Below, piece by piece: positions 42,901-58,700 of a DNA stretch of 64,000 nt (position 1 is its first letter; the number at the start of each line of letters is the position of its first letter). The notes below the pieces were generated by a model that saw only the letters and a program-made list of their open reading frames with translations, had not been told where the DNA came from and ran no database searches. The position numbers and the translations under genes were made by a program. This stretch comes from Paragordius varius (Eukaryota > Animalia > Nematomorpha), in the NCBI GenBank assembly GCA_964247055.1, contig OZ176053.1:8618001-8682000 (forward strand). The letters are read 5' to 3'.

Positions 42901-44385
42901 CTTTTATGGTCACACTAAATTAATTATAGGTAGTTAGATTTTGAATATTAAGAAAAGAAAATATACATATTTTTAATATATAAGCAAGATTTTCGAGTAT
43001 AGAATAGATGCTAAAATTTGAACAATTTCTAAATTCTCACATAAAAGTTTTAAACTATAATGTTGAATCAATAATATTAAATAATTGAATTTTTATTATC
43101 AATCAAGTAATATAAATCACCATGAGGGAAGCTGTTACAAAACATTCTTTTATTTAGCACTAAGAATTAATTTACATTTTATACAAACAGATAATATTAA
43201 ATGCCATGAGTCCTTTAAAAAAAATTATATTATCTTCGTTTTTGTTATATTTAATATTAAAGTCATAATTTTATCAGTTAATGTCCCTATATAACACTGT
43301 TCAACAAGGTTTTGTACCACCACATTTTTTTCCATTTTCTGTTGTCTACTGGCATGTAAATTCCAAAACAAAAAAAATTGAGACCGCCAATAAGATTTTT
43401 TAAAATTTAATTTTATATATTTAAAAAACAATTTCTCGTGTACATATATGTAAATGTTTAAACGAGCAAGTCGATACAAGTGGTATTCCAGAGCATATCT
43501 GATTATAATTTTAAAACGAAAATTGAAAAAGGATTAAAATGTACCAACCCCGTATACGATACCACATAACATTTTTTTATAAACGAGGACTCTGCAGAAA
43601 ATGTTATTGATGGGCCATATAATAAAACTTTATTTTTAAATACCGCCGATCTTTATATTAAAAAATATAAACAGCCCAAAATTGCTGCTGAAGGTTTGTT
43701 AAATTGCACGAGATATACGTCTTATTGAGCGGGCCTATTAATCAATATAGAAATAGACAATATGCAATATAAATATTCAATTTATCGAATATATCAATTA
43801 AAATTCTATGTATTAAATAAGAGAGGATACGAAACTTTAAGAATATAGAATTAAAATAAATTAAAAGTTATAAGCCGTAGTATTAAAAATCATAAAGGGC
43901 TAATATATGGTTTGATAGATCCGGGCGGCTTACACAACAAGCGCTCCTATAATTATGCCATATGGCAAAGGTATACAATAGGTGATCGTAGAGCCTGGTA
44001 GGAGAGACCTGCAGAGAATATAACGTAGTTAACTTAGCAAAATCCAGGGAAATCGACATATTAAATTAACCAATTCACAGAATAGAGTTACATCGACCAT
44101 TAAATCGGATAAGATGACTAGATAAGTACATGTGGTCTTATAGTAGTTCATAACATGGTTAAGATATCCTCATCCAGGTAATAAAAGTGGCTGCCCAACA
44201 TCCATCCAAAATTCAAAAGAATCAACCGAGAAAAACCATAATGAGAATTAAACATAACCTAAATTAACAAAATAAATATAACCTATCTGAAAGCCGAAGG
44301 TTAAAACTACAAAATGCCTCTTAGTATTTTTTTAATCATAAATTTATACGTGTTTTAAATTAGCTTTAAAAATATAACTTTATAC

Positions 44386-46721
44386 CAGGGCATCTTAAAA
44401 CTTTGTGAGTCGCGACCCCATTTATGATCGCAAATTTCTTGGCGACCCCAATAAATATAAAAGAAAAAATATATTAATATTTCTTGATGATATATTAAGA
44501 AACAATATACATATGCATATGAAAATATATAAATTTAGAATTCGTTTTGAAACATAAAAAATCATAAATTAAACATTGCACAATTATTCCGATTATTATA
44601 ATATATTGTATAAATTTACTATGAATCAGAAGATGTTATAGAAATTTATAAAAAAAATATATTTTTGTCCCTCTCTTAAAACCCAAATAATTATGGTTAT
44701 TGAAGGACTAGATCTGGGCTTCTTAAACTTTTGTGAGTCGCGACCCCATTTATGATCGCAAATTTCTTGGCGACCCCAATAAATATAAAAGAAAAAATAT
44801 ATTAATATTTTTTGATGATATATTAAGAAACAATATACATATGCATATGAAAATATATAAATTTAGAATCTGTTTTCAAACATAAAAAATCACAAATTAA
44901 ACATTGCACAAATATTCCGATTATTATAATATATTGTATAAATTTACTATGAATCAGAAGATGTTATAGAAATTTATAAAAAAAATATATTTTTGTCCCT
45001 CTCTTAAAACCCAAATAATTATTGTTATTGAAGGACTAGATCAGGGCTTCTTAACTTTTGTGAGTCGCGACCCCATTTATGATCGCAATTTTCTTGGCGA
45101 CCCCAATAAATATAAAAGAAAAAATATATTAATATTTTTTGATGATATATTAAGAAACAATATACATATGCATATGAAAATATATAAATTTGGAATTCGT
45201 TTTTAAACATAAAAAATCATAAATTAAACATTGCACAAATATTCCGATTATTATAATATATTGTATAAATTTACTATGAATCAGAAGATGTTATAGAAAT
45301 TTATAAAAAAAATATATTTTTGTCCCTCTCTTAAAACCCAAATAATTATTGTTATTGAAGGACTAGATCGAAATATTTTTAACTGAATAAAAATGAGAAT
45401 TTGCTGCTTTATTTCAAAATTACTTGTGGCTATCCAAGTCTTATTTATCGGATATTTTTGCGAAGTAAACGATCTTGTATCTTCACTGAAAAATATGCAT
45501 ATATATACTTCAAGCTATAAAATTGCAAGTTTTATTAAAAAGATCAGCATTTGGAAAAGTAGAGTTGAAAAAATTCGTTTGAAATTTTTTCCAGTGTCTA
45601 CAATTTTGTAATTGAGAAAATTGATTGTAAAACTTATATTGAAAAACTATTGTAGATCACTAAAAAGCGCTAGAAATACAATTCCTGACATATTTTATAA
45701 TAAATATTATTAAAAAAATTATTTGGATTCAAAAGCCTTGGATTGGTTAAGTAGGATTGATCATCTGCCACCTAAAACTCAAAAGGAATTTGCTAAGCTT
45801 TCGTGTGACTTAAACTTAAAACTACAATCGAAAAAAAATCCCTTAAATGAATTCTGGATCTAAACTAGAACTGAATCAATTGCCGACATAAAATGTACTT
45901 CTCTCATATAACACCACATATTTATGTGAAGTTACTTTCTCAGCTTTAACAAACATTAAATCCCAATATCGTTCAGTGATAAAAAATGTTGAAGAGGTTC
46001 GTATTTTCTAACATTACACCAAGATTACAGTCTTTCAAAATATTCTTTAGGTTTATTGACATACGAAACATGCTTTGATTCAAAATGTCTTCTTAATTTT
46101 GATGGTTTTCTCCGAAGCCAATTATTCATTGCATAACAAACAAAGAGGTTGTTCATTACCATAACAATTTTTAATGTGAAGCCAAATTTAAGAAAAGACT
46201 CATCATATTTTCTTTTTCGCACACTCTTTTCCAATACTTTGTCCTGACTGAGAAAAATTTGTTGGATTAACTGCGTCATTATTCTCATTTAACAGCCATT
46301 TATCCATGGGCAAAAATTATTTTTATCCTAAATAAATATATAAAAATAACACATTGCAGATTATATTTGATTATTAACCGAAAAAGAAAACTAAAATCTT
46401 GTTACAGAGGGTACTGACAAATTAAAACTAGAAGAGCAAATATGATTGTTTTTTCACAAAAGACGTTCCCAAAGACAATCTTTTCTTCAATCTTCAAAAA
46501 CATGTGAATTAGCTATGTTCGGAAGAGAAATGCAATAAACAGTTTTTCGGAACCAGATGATATATATATAAATATATATACGATAATTGTTATTTTTTTA
46601 TAACAATAATTATACAAGTTAAAAAACATTTTTTGTTTAATTGTATTTTTATCACTCGCGACCCCATAATTTTGCTACGCGACCCCAAATGGGGTCAGGA
46701 CCCATAGTTGAAGAACCCCTG
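44386..46721. mobile_element. Non-autonomous Buster/ZBED5-like hAT, copy 2, with triplicated 328-bp left end
   Basis: Same TIRs as copy 1; TSD CTTTATAC at 44378-44385 and 46722-46729; left-end units start at 44386, 44714 and 45042. Minus-strand MDKWL..KRKYDESFLKFGF..KPSKLRRHFESKH..KPKEYFER; plus-strand C-terminal hATC remnants. Confidence 0.92.
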
Positions 46722-46744
46722 CTTTATACCAGTACTATATTTTT

Positions 46745-49700
46745 ACCCGCACGCTTACAATTATTTGATTGTTGAAAAGTAATGGTTGATTGGTAAAATT
46801 ACTAATACCTACACGCTATTATTTGATTATTGAAAAGTAATGGTTGATTGGTGGAACTACTAATACCCACACGCTTAAAATTATTTGACTGGTGAAAAAT
46901 ATTGGTTCATTGGTGAAATTACTAATACCTACACACTTAAAATTATTTGACTGTGGAAAAGTAATGGTTAATTGGTGGAAATACTAATATCTACACGCTT
47001 ACAATTATTTGATTGTGAAAAATAAGGTTGATTGGTAAAATTACTACTACCTACACCCTTAAAATTATTTGATTGTTGAAAAGTAATGGTTAATTGGTAA
47101 AATTACTAATACCTACGCGCTTACAATTATTTGATTGTTGAAAAGTAATGGTTGATTGGTGGGAAAACTAATACCCACACGCTTAAAATTATTTGACTGT
47201 TGAAAAATAATGGTTCATTGGTAAAATTACTAATACCTACACGCTTACATATTATTTGATTGTTGAAAAGTAATGGTTGATTGGTGGAAATACTAATAGC
47301 CACACGCTTAAAATTATTTGATTGTTGTATAATGGTTCATTGGTGAAATTACTAATATTTACACACTTAAAATTTTTTGACTGTTGAAAAGTAATTGTTG
47401 ATTGGGGGAAATACCAATACACGCAAGCTTACAATTCTTTGATTGTTGAAAAGTAATGGTTGATTGGTGGAAATACTAATACCCACACGCTTAAAATTAT
47501 TTGACTGTTGAAAAATAATGGTTCCTTGGTGAAATTACTAATACCTACACGCTTAAAATTATTTGACTCTTGAAAGGTAATGGTTAATTGGTGGAAATAC
47601 CAATACACGCACGCTTACAATCATTTGATTGTTGAAAAGTAATGGTTGATTGGTGGAAATACCAAAACACGCACGCTTACAATTCTTTGATTGTTGAAAA
47701 GTAATGGTTGATTGGTGGAAATACTAATACCCTCAAGCTTTAAATTATTTGACTGTTAAGAGTAATGGTTCATTGGTGGAAAAACTAATACCCACACGCT
47801 TAAAATTATTTGACTGTTGAAAAGTAATGGTTGATTGGTGGAAATACTAATACCCACACGCTTAAAATTATTTGACTGTTGAATAATGATTCAGTGGTGA
47901 AATTACTAATACCTACACACTTAAAATTTTTTGACTGTTGAAAAGTAATGGTTGATTGGTGGAAATACCAATACACGCACGCTTACACTTCTTTGATTGT
48001 TGAAAAGTAATGGTTGATTGGTGGAAATACTAATACCCACACGCTTAAAATTATTTGAGTGTTAAAAAATAATGGTTCCTTGGTGAAATTACTAATACCT
48101 ACACGCTTAAAATTATTTGACTGTTGAAAAGTAATGGTTGATTGGTGGAAATACCAATACACGCACGCTTACAATTCTTTGATTGTTGAAAAGTAATGGT
48201 TGATTGGTGGAAAAACTAATACCCACACGCTTAAAATTATTTGACTGTTGAAAAGTAATGGTTGATTGGTGGAAATACTAATACCCACTAGCTTAAAATT
48301 ATTTGACTGTTGAATAATGGTTCATTGGTGAAATTACTAATACCTACACACTTAAAATTTTTTGACTGTTGAAAAGTAATGGTTGATTGGTGGAAATACT
48401 AACACCTGCACGCTGAAAATTATTTGACTGTTGAAAAATAATGGTTCATTGGTAAAATTACTAATACCTACACGCTTACATATTATTTGATTGTTGAAAA
48501 GTAATGGTTTGGTGGATGCTAATACCCGCACGCTTATAATTATTTGATCGTTGAAAAGTAATGGTTGATTGGTGGAAAAACTAATACCCACACGCTTAAA
48601 ATTATTTGACTGTTGAAAAATAATGGTTCATTGGTAAAATTACTAATACCTACACGCTTACATATTATTTGATTGTTGAAAAGTAATGGTTGATTGGTGG
48701 AAATACCAATACACGCACGCTTACAATTCTTTGATTGTTGAAAAGTAATGGTTGATTGGTGGAAAAACTAATACCCACACGCTTAAAATTATTTGACTGT
48801 TGAAAAGTAATGGTTGATTGGTGGAAAAACTAATACCCACACGCTTAAAATTATTTGACTGTTGAAAAATAATGGTTCATTGGTAAAATTACTAATACCT
48901 ACACGCTTACAATTATTTCACTGTTAAAAAATAATGGTTCCTTGGTGAAATTACTAATACCTACACGCTTAAAATTATTTGACTGTTGAAAAGTAATGGT
49001 TGATTGGTGGAAATACTAATACCCACACGCTTAAAATTATTTTACTGTTGAAAAATAATCGTTCATTGGTGAAATTACTAATACCTACACGCCTTAAATT
49101 ATTTGACTGTTGAAAAGTAATGGTTCATTGGTAAAATTACTAATACCTACACGCTTACAATTATTTGATTGTTGAAAAATAATGGTTCATTAGGGAAATT
49201 ACTAATACCTACACGCTTAAAATTATTTGACTGTTAAAAAGTAATGGTTGATTGGTGGAAATACTATTACCCGCACGCTTACAATCATTTGATTTTTGAA
49301 AAGTAATGATTGAAGGGTGGAAATACCAATACACGCAGGCTTACAATCATTTGATTGTTGAAAAGTAATGGTTGATTGGTAAAATTACTAATACCTACAC
49401 GCTTAAAATTATTTGACTGTTGAAAAGTAATGGTTGATTGGTACAATTACTAATACCTACACGCTTAAAATTATTTGACTGTTGAAAAATAATGGTTCCT
49501 TGGTGAAATTACTAATACCTACACGCTTAAAATTATTTGACTCTTGAAAGGTAATGGTTAATTGGTGGAAATACCAATACACGCACGCTTACAATCATTT
49601 GATTGTTGAAAAGTAATGGTTGATTGGTAAAATTACTAATACCTACACCCTTAAAATTATTTGATTGTTGAAAAGTAATGGTTGATTGGTGGAATTACTA

Positions 49701-52700
49701 TTACCCGCACGCTTAAAATTATTTGACTCTTGAAAGGTAATGGTTAATTGGTGGAAATACCAATACACGCACGCTTACAATCATTTGATTTTTGAAAAGT
49801 AATGATTGAAGGGTGGAAATACCAATACACGCACGCTTACAATGCCTTGATTGTTGAAAAGTAATGGTTGATTGGTAAAATTACTAATACCTACACGCTT
49901 AAAATTATTTGACTGTTGAAAAGTAATGGTTGATTGGTACAATTAGTAATACCTACACACTTAAAATTATTTGACTGTTGAAAAATTATCGTTCATTGGT
50001 GAAATTACTAATACCTACACGCTTAAAATTATTTGATTGTTGAAAAGTAATGGTTGATTGGTGGAAATACCAATACACGCACGCTTACAATTCTTTGATT
50101 GTTGAAAAGTAATGGTTGATTGGTGGAAATACTAATACCCACACGCTTAAAATTATTTGACTGTTGAAAAATAATGGTTCCTTGGTGAAATTACTAATAC
50201 CTACACGCTTAAAATTATTTGACTCTTGAAAGGTAATGGTTAATTGGTGGAAATACCAATACACGCACGCTTACAATCATTTGATTGTTGAAAAGTAATG
50301 GTTGATTGGTGGAAATACTAATACCCTCAAGCTTTAAATTATTTGACTGTTAAAAAATAATGGTTCCTTGGTGAAATTACTAATACCTACACGCTTAAAA
50401 TTATTTGACTGTTGAAAAGTAATGGTTGATTGGTGGAAATAATAATACCCACACACTTAAAATTATTTTACTGTTGAATAATGATTCAGTGGTGAAATTA
50501 CTAATACCTACACACTTAAAATTTTTTGACTGTTGAAAAGTAGGAAATACCAATACACGCACGCTTACAATTCTTTGATTGTTGAAAAGTAATGGTTGAT
50601 TGGTAAAATTACTAATACCTCCACGCTTAAAATTATTTGACTGTTGAAAAGTAATGGTTGATTGGTACAATTAATAATACCCACACGCTTAAAATTATTT
50701 GACTGTTAAAAAATAATGGTTCCTTGGTGAAATTACTAATACCTACACGCTTAAAATTATTTGACTGTTGAAAAGTAATGGTTGATTGGTGGAAATACCA
50801 ATACCCACACGCTTAAAATTATTTGACTGTTAAAAAATAATGGTTCCTTGGTGAAATTACTAATACCTACACGCTTAAAATTATTTGACTGTTGAAAAGT
50901 AATGGTAGATTGGTGGAAATACCAATACACGCACGCTTACAATTCTTTGATTGTTGAAAAGTAATGGTTGATTGGTGGAAATACTAATACCCACACGCTT
51001 AAAATTATTTGACTGTTGAATAATGATTCAGTGGTGAAATTACTAATACCTACACACTTAAAATTTTTTGACTGTTGAAAAGTAATGGTAGATTGGTGGA
51101 AATACCAATACACGCACGCTTACAATTCTTTGATTGTTGAAAAGTAATGGTTGATTGGTAAAATTACTAATACCTACACGCTTAAAATTATTTGACTGTT
51201 GAAAAGTAATGGTTGATTGGTACAATTAATAATACCTACACGCTTAAAATTATTTGACTGTTGAAAAATTATCGTTCATTGGTGAAATTACTAATACCTA
51301 CACGCTTAAAATTATTTGATTGTTGAAAAGTGATGGTTGATTGGTGGAAATACCAATACACGCACGCTTACAATTCTTTGATTGTTGAAAAGTAATGGTT
51401 GATTGGTGGAAATACTAATACCCACACGCTTAAAATTATTTGACTGTTGAAAAATAATGGTTTCTTGGTGAAATTACTAATACCTACACGCTTAAAATTA
51501 TTTGACTCTTGAAAGGTAATGGTTAATTGGTGGAAATAGCAATACACGCACGCTTACAATCATTTGATTGTTGAAAAGTAATGGTTGATTGGTGGAAATA
51601 CTAATACCCTCAAGCTTTAAATTATTTGACTGTTAAAAAATAATGGTTCCTTGGTGAAATTACTAATACCTACACGCTTAAAATTATTTGACTGTTGAAA
51701 AGTAATGGTTGATTGGTGGAAATACTAATACCTACAGACTTAAAATTATTTGATTATTGAAAAGTAATGGTTCATTGGTAAAATTACTAATACCTACACC
51801 CTTAAAATTATTTGATTGTTGAAAAGTAATGGTTGATTGGTAAAATTACTAATACCTACACCCTTAAAATTATTTCATTGTTGAAAAGTAATGGTTGATT
51901 GGTAAAATTACTAATACCTACACCCTTAAAATTATTTGATTGTTGAAAAGTAATGGTTGATTGGTGGAATTACTATTACCCGCACGCTTACAATCATTTG
52001 ATTTTTGAAAAGTAATGATTGAAGGGTGGAAATACCAATACACGCACGCTTACAATGCCTTGTTTGTTGAAAAGTAATGGTTCCTTGGTGAAATTACTAA
52101 TACCTACACGCTTAAAATTATTTGACTGTTGAAAAGTAATGGTTGATTGGTGGAAATACTAATACCCACACGCCTTAAATTATTTTACTGTTGAAAAATA
52201 ATCGTTCATTGGTGAAATTACTAATACCTACACGCCTTAAATTATTTGACTGTTGAAAAGTAATGGTTCATTGGTAAAATTACTAATACCTACACGCTTA
52301 AAATTATTTGACTGTTGAAAAGTAATGGTTGATTGGTGGAAATACCAATACCCACACGCTTAAAATTATTTGACTGTTAAAAAATAATGGTTCCTTGGTG
52401 AAATTACTAATACCTACACGCTTAAAATTATTTGACTGTTGAAAAGTAATGGTTGATTGGTGGAAATACTAATACCGACACGCTTAAAATTATTTTACTG
52501 TTGAAAAATAATCGTTCATTGGTGAAATTACTAATACCTACACGCTTAAAATTATTTGACTGTTGAAAAGTAATGGTTGATTGGTGGAAATACTAATACC
52601 CACACGCTTATTATTATTACTGTTGAAAAATAATCGTTCATTGGTGAAATTACTAATACCTATACGCCTTAAATTATTTGACTGTTGAAAAGTAATGGTT

Positions 52701-55700
52701 CATTGGTAAAATTACTAATACCTACACGCTTACAATTATTTGATTGTTGAAAAATATGGTTCATTAGGGAAATTACTAATACCTACACGCTTAAAATTAT
52801 TTGACTGTTAAAAAGTAATGGTTGATTGGTGGAAATACTATTACCCGCACGCTTACAATCATTTGATTTTTGAAAAGTAATGATTGAAGGGTGGAAATAC
52901 CAATACACGCACGCTTACAATGCCTTGATTGTTGAAAAGTAATGGTTGATTGGTAAAATTACTAATACCTACACGCTTAAAATTATTTGACTGTTGAAAA
53001 GTAATGGTTGATTGGTGGAAATACTATTACCCGCACGCTTACAATCATGTGATTTTTGAAAAGTAATGATTGAAGGGTGGAAATACCAATACACGCACGC
53101 TTACAATGCCTTGATTGTTGAAAAGTAATGGTTGATTGGTAAAATTACTAATACCCACACGCTTAAAATTATTTGACTGTTGAAAAATTATCGTTCATTG
53201 GTGAAATTACTAATACCTACACGCTTAAAATTATTTGATTGTTGAAAAGTAATGGTTGATTGGTGGAAATACCAATACACGCACGCTTACAATTCTTTGA
53301 TTGTTGAAAAGTAATGGTTGATTGGTGGAAATACTAATACCCACACGCTTAAAATTATTTGACTGTTGAAAAATAATGGTTCCTTGGTGAAATTACTAAT
53401 ACCTACACGCTTAAAATTATTTGACTCTTGAAAGGTAATGGTTAATTGGTGGAAATACCAATACACGCACGCTTACAATCATTTGATTGTTGAAAAGTAA
53501 TGGTTGATTGGTGGAAATACTAATACCCTCAAGCTTTAAATTATTTGACTGTTAAGAGTAATGGTTCATTGGTGGAAAAACTAATACCCACACGCTTAAA
53601 ATTATTTGACTGTTGAAAAGTAATGGTTGATTGGTGGAAATACTAATACCCACACACTTAAAATTATTTTACTGTTGAATAATGATTCAGTGGTGAAATT
53701 ACTAATACCTACACACTTAAAATTTTTTGACTGTTGAAAAGTAATGGTAGATTGGTGGAAATACCAATACACGCACGCTTACAATTCTTTGATTGTTGAA
53801 AAATAATCGTTCATTGGTGAAATTACTAATACCTACACACTTAAAATTTTTTGACTGTTGAAAAGTAATGGTTGATTGGTGGAAATACTAATACCCTCAA
53901 GCTTTAAATTATTTGACTGTTAAGAGTAATGGTTCATTGGTGGAAAAACTAATACCCACACGCTTAAAATTATTTGACTGTTGAAAAGTAATGGTTGATT
54001 GGTGGAAATACCAATACCCACACGCTTAAAATTATTTGACTGTTAAAAAATAATGGTTCCTTGGTGAAATTACTAATACCTACACGCTTAAAATTATTTG
54101 ACTGTTGAAAAATAATCGTTCATTGGTGAAATTACTAATACCTACACACTTAAAATTTTTTGACTGTTGAAAAGTAATGGTTGATTGGTGGAAATACTAA
54201 TACCCTCAAGCTTTAAATTATTTGACTGTTAAGAGTAATGGTTCATTGGTGGAAAAACTAATACCCACACGCTTAAAATTATTTGACTGTTGAAAAGTAA
54301 TGGTTGATTGGTGGAAATACTAATACCCACACACTTAAAATTATTTTACTGTTGAATAATGATTCAGTGGTGAAATTACTAATACCTACACACTTAAAAT
54401 TTTTTGACTGTTGAAAAGTAATGGTAGATTGGTGGAAATACCAATACACGCACGCTTACAATTCTTTGATTGTTGAAAAATAATCGTTCATTGGTGAAAT
54501 TACTAATACCTACACACTTAAAATTTTTTGACTGTTGAAAAGTAATGGTTGATTGGTGGAAATACTAATACCCTCAAGCTTTAAATTATTTGACTGTTAA
54601 GAGTAATGGTTCATTGGTGGAAAAACTAATACCCACACGCTTAAAATTATTTGACTGTTGAAAAGTAATGGTTGATTGGTGGAAATACTAATACCGACAC
54701 GCTTAAAATTATTTTACTGTTGAAAAATAATCGTTCATTGGTGAAATTACTAATACCTACACGCTTAAAATTATTTGACTGTTGAAAAGTAATGGTTGAT
54801 TGGTGGAAATACTAATACCCACACGCTTATTATTATTACTGTTGAAAAATAATCGTTCATTGGTGAAATTACTAATACCTATACGCCTTAAATTATTTGA
54901 CTGTTGAAAAGTAATGGTTCATTGGTAAAATTACTAATACCTACACACTTAAAATTTTTTGACTGTTGAAAAGTAATGGTTCCTTGGTGAAATTACTAAT
55001 ACCTACACGCTTAAAATTATTTGATTGTTGAAAAGTAATGGTTGATTGGTAAAATTACTAATACCTACACCCTTAAAATTATTTGATTGTTGAAAAGTAA
55101 TGGTTGATTGGTAAAATTACTAATACCTACACCCTTAAAATTATTTGATTGTTGAAAAGTAATGGTTGATTGGTGGAATTACTATTACCCGCACGCTTAC
55201 AATCATTTGATTTTTGAAAAGTAATGATTGAAGGGTGGAAATACCAATACACGCACGCTTACAATGCCTTGATTGTTGAAAAGTAATGGTTGATTGGTAA
55301 AATTACTAATACCTACACGCTTAAAATTATTTGACTGTTGAAAAGTAATGGTTGATTGGTACAATTACTAATACCTACACGCTTAAAATTATTTGACTGT
55401 TGAAAAATTATCGTTCATTGGTGAAATTACTAATACCTACACGCTTAAAATTATTTGATTGTTGAAAAGTAATGGTTGATTGGTGGAAATACCAATACAC
55501 GCACGCTTACAATTCTTTGATTGTTGAAAAGTAATGGTTGATTGGTGGAAATACTAATACCCACACGCTTAAAATTATTTGACTGTTGAAAAATAATGGT
55601 TCCTTGGTGAAATTACTAATACCTACACGCTTAAAATTATTTGACTCTTGAAAGGTAATGGTTAATTGGTGGAAATACCAATACACGCACGCTTACAATC

Positions 55701-58700
55701 ATTTGATTGTTGAAAAGTAATGGTTGATTGGTGGAAATACTAATACCCTCAAGCTTTAAATTATTTGACTGTTAAAAAATAATGGTTCCTTGGTGAAATT
55801 ACTAATACCTACACGCTTAAAATTATTTGACTGTTGAAAAGTAATGGTTGATTGGTGGAAATACTAATACCCACACACTTAAAATTATTTTACTGTTGAA
55901 TAATGATTCAGTGGTGAAATTACTAATACCTACACACTTAAAATTTTTTGACTGTTGAAAAGTAATGGTAGATTGGTGGAAATACCAATACACGCACGCT
56001 TACAATTCTTTGATTGTTGAAAAGTAATGGTTGATTGGTAAAATTACTAATACCTACACGCTTAAAATTATTTGACTGTTGAAAAGTAATGGTTGATTGG
56101 TACAATTAATAATACCTACACGCTTAAAATTATTTGACTGTTGAAAAATTATCGTTCATTGGTGAAATTACTAATACCTACACGCTTAAAATTATTTGAT
56201 TGTTGAAAAGTAATGGTTGATTGGTGGAAATACCAATACACGCACGCTTACAATTCTTTGATTGTTGAAAAGTAATGGTTGATTGGTGGAAATACTAATA
56301 CCCACACGCTTAAAATTATTTGACTGTTAAAAAATAATGGTTCCTTGGTGAAATTACTAATACCTACACGCTTAAAATTATTTGACTGTTGAAAAGTAAT
56401 GGTTGATTGGTGGAAATACCAATACCCACACGCTTAAAATTATTTGACTGTTAAAAAATAATGGTTCCTTGGTGAAATTACTAATACCTACACGCTTAAA
56501 ATTATTTGACTGTTGAAAAGTAATGGTTGATTGGTGGAAATACTAATACCCACACGCTTAAAATTATTTGACTGTTGAATAATGATTCAGTGGTGAAATT
56601 ACTAATACCTACACACTTAAAATTTTTTGACTGTTGAAAAGTAATGGTAGATTGGTGGAAATACCAATACACGCACGCTTACAATTCTTTGATTGTTGAA
56701 AAGTAATGGTTGATTGGTGGAAATACTAATACCCACACGCTTAAAATTATTTGACTGTTGAAAAATAATGGTTCCTTGGTGAAATTACTAATACCTACAC
56801 GCTTAAAATTATTTGACTCTTGAAAGGTAATGGTTAATTGGTGGAAATATCAATACACGCACGCTTACAATCATTTGATTGTTGAAAAGTAATGGTTGAT
56901 TGGTGGAAATACTAATACCCTCAAGCTTTAAATTATTTGACTGTTAAGAGTAATGGTTCATTGGTGGAAAAACTAATACCCACACGCTTAAAATTATTTG
57001 ACTGTTGAAAAGTAATGGTTGATTGGTGGAAATACTAATACCCACACGCTTAAAATTATTTGACTGTTGAATAATGATTCAGTGGTGAAATTACTAATAC
57101 CTACACACTTAAAATTTTTTGACTGTTGAAAAGTAATGGTTCCTTGGTGAAATTACTAATACCTACACGCTTAAAATTATTTGATTGTTGAAAAGTAATG
57201 GTTGATTGGTAAAATTACTAATACCTACACCCTTAAAATTATTTGACTGTTGAAAAATAATGGTTCCTTGGTGAAATTACTAATACCTACACCCTTAAAA
57301 TTATTTGATTGTTGAAAAGTAATGGTTGATTGGTGGAATTACTATTACCCGCACGCTTACAATCATTTGATTTTTGAAAAGTAATGATTGAAGGGTGGAA
57401 ATACCAATACACGCACGCTTACAATGCCTTGATTGTTGAAAAGTAATGGTTGATTGGTAAAATTACTAATACCTACACGCTTAAAATTATTTGACTGTTG
57501 AAAAGTAATGGTTGATTGGTACAATTACTAATACCTACACGCTTAAAATTATTTGACTGTTGAAAAATTATCGTTCATTGGTGAAATTACTAATACCTAC
57601 ACGCTTAAAATTATTTGATTGTTGAAAAGTAATGGTTGATTGGTGGAAATACCAATACACGCACGCTTACAATTCTTTGATTGTTGAAAAGTAATGGTTG
57701 ATTGGTGGAAATACTAATACCCACACGCTTAAAATTATTTGACTGTTGAAAAATAATGGTTCCTTGGTGAAATTACTAATACCTACACGCTTAAAATTAT
57801 TTGACTCTTGAAAGGTAATGGTTAATTGGTGGAAATGCCAATACACGCACGCTTACAATCATTTGATTGTTGAAAAGTAATGGTTGATTGGTGGAAATAC
57901 TAATACCCACACGCTTAAAATTATTTGACTGTTGAAAAATAATGGTTCCTTGGTGAAATTACTAATACCTACACGCTTAAAATTATTTGACTGTTGAAAA
58001 GTAATGGTTGATTGGTGGAAATACTAATACCCACACACTTAAAATTATTTTACTGTTGAATAATGATTCAGTGGTGAAATTACTAATACCTACACACTTA
58101 AAATTTTTTGACTGTTGAAAAGTAATGGTAGATTGGTGGAAATACCAATACACGCACGCTTACAATTCTTTGATTGTTGAAAAGTAATGGTTGATTGGTA
58201 AAATTACTAATACCTACACGCTTAAAATTATTTGACTGTTGAAAAGTAATGGTTGATTGGTACAATTAATAATACCTACACGCTTAAAATTATTTGACTG
58301 TTGAAAAATTATCGTTCATTGGTGAAATTACTAATACCTACACGCTTAAAATTATTTGATTGTTGAAAAGTAATGGTTGATTGGTGGAAATACCAATACA
58401 CGCACGCTTACAATTCTTTGATTGTTGAAAAGTAATGGTTGATTGGTGGAAATACTAATACCCACACGCTTAAAATTATTTGACTGTTAAAAAATAATGG
58501 TTCCTTGGTGAAATTACTAATACCTACACGCTTAAAATTATTTGACTGTTGAAAAGTAATGGTTGATTGGTGGAAATACCAATACCCACACGCTTAAAAT
58601 TATTTGACTGTTAAAAAATAATGGTTCCTTGGTGAAATTACTAATACCTACACGCTTAAAATTATTTGACTGTTGAAAAGTAATGGTTGATTGGTGGAAA

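Noticed and set aside
43490-44330. Slightly GC-richer stretch with broken frames (possible retroelement ORF1 remnant)
   Set aside because: No diagnostic motif recognised; cannot be assigned without a database search.
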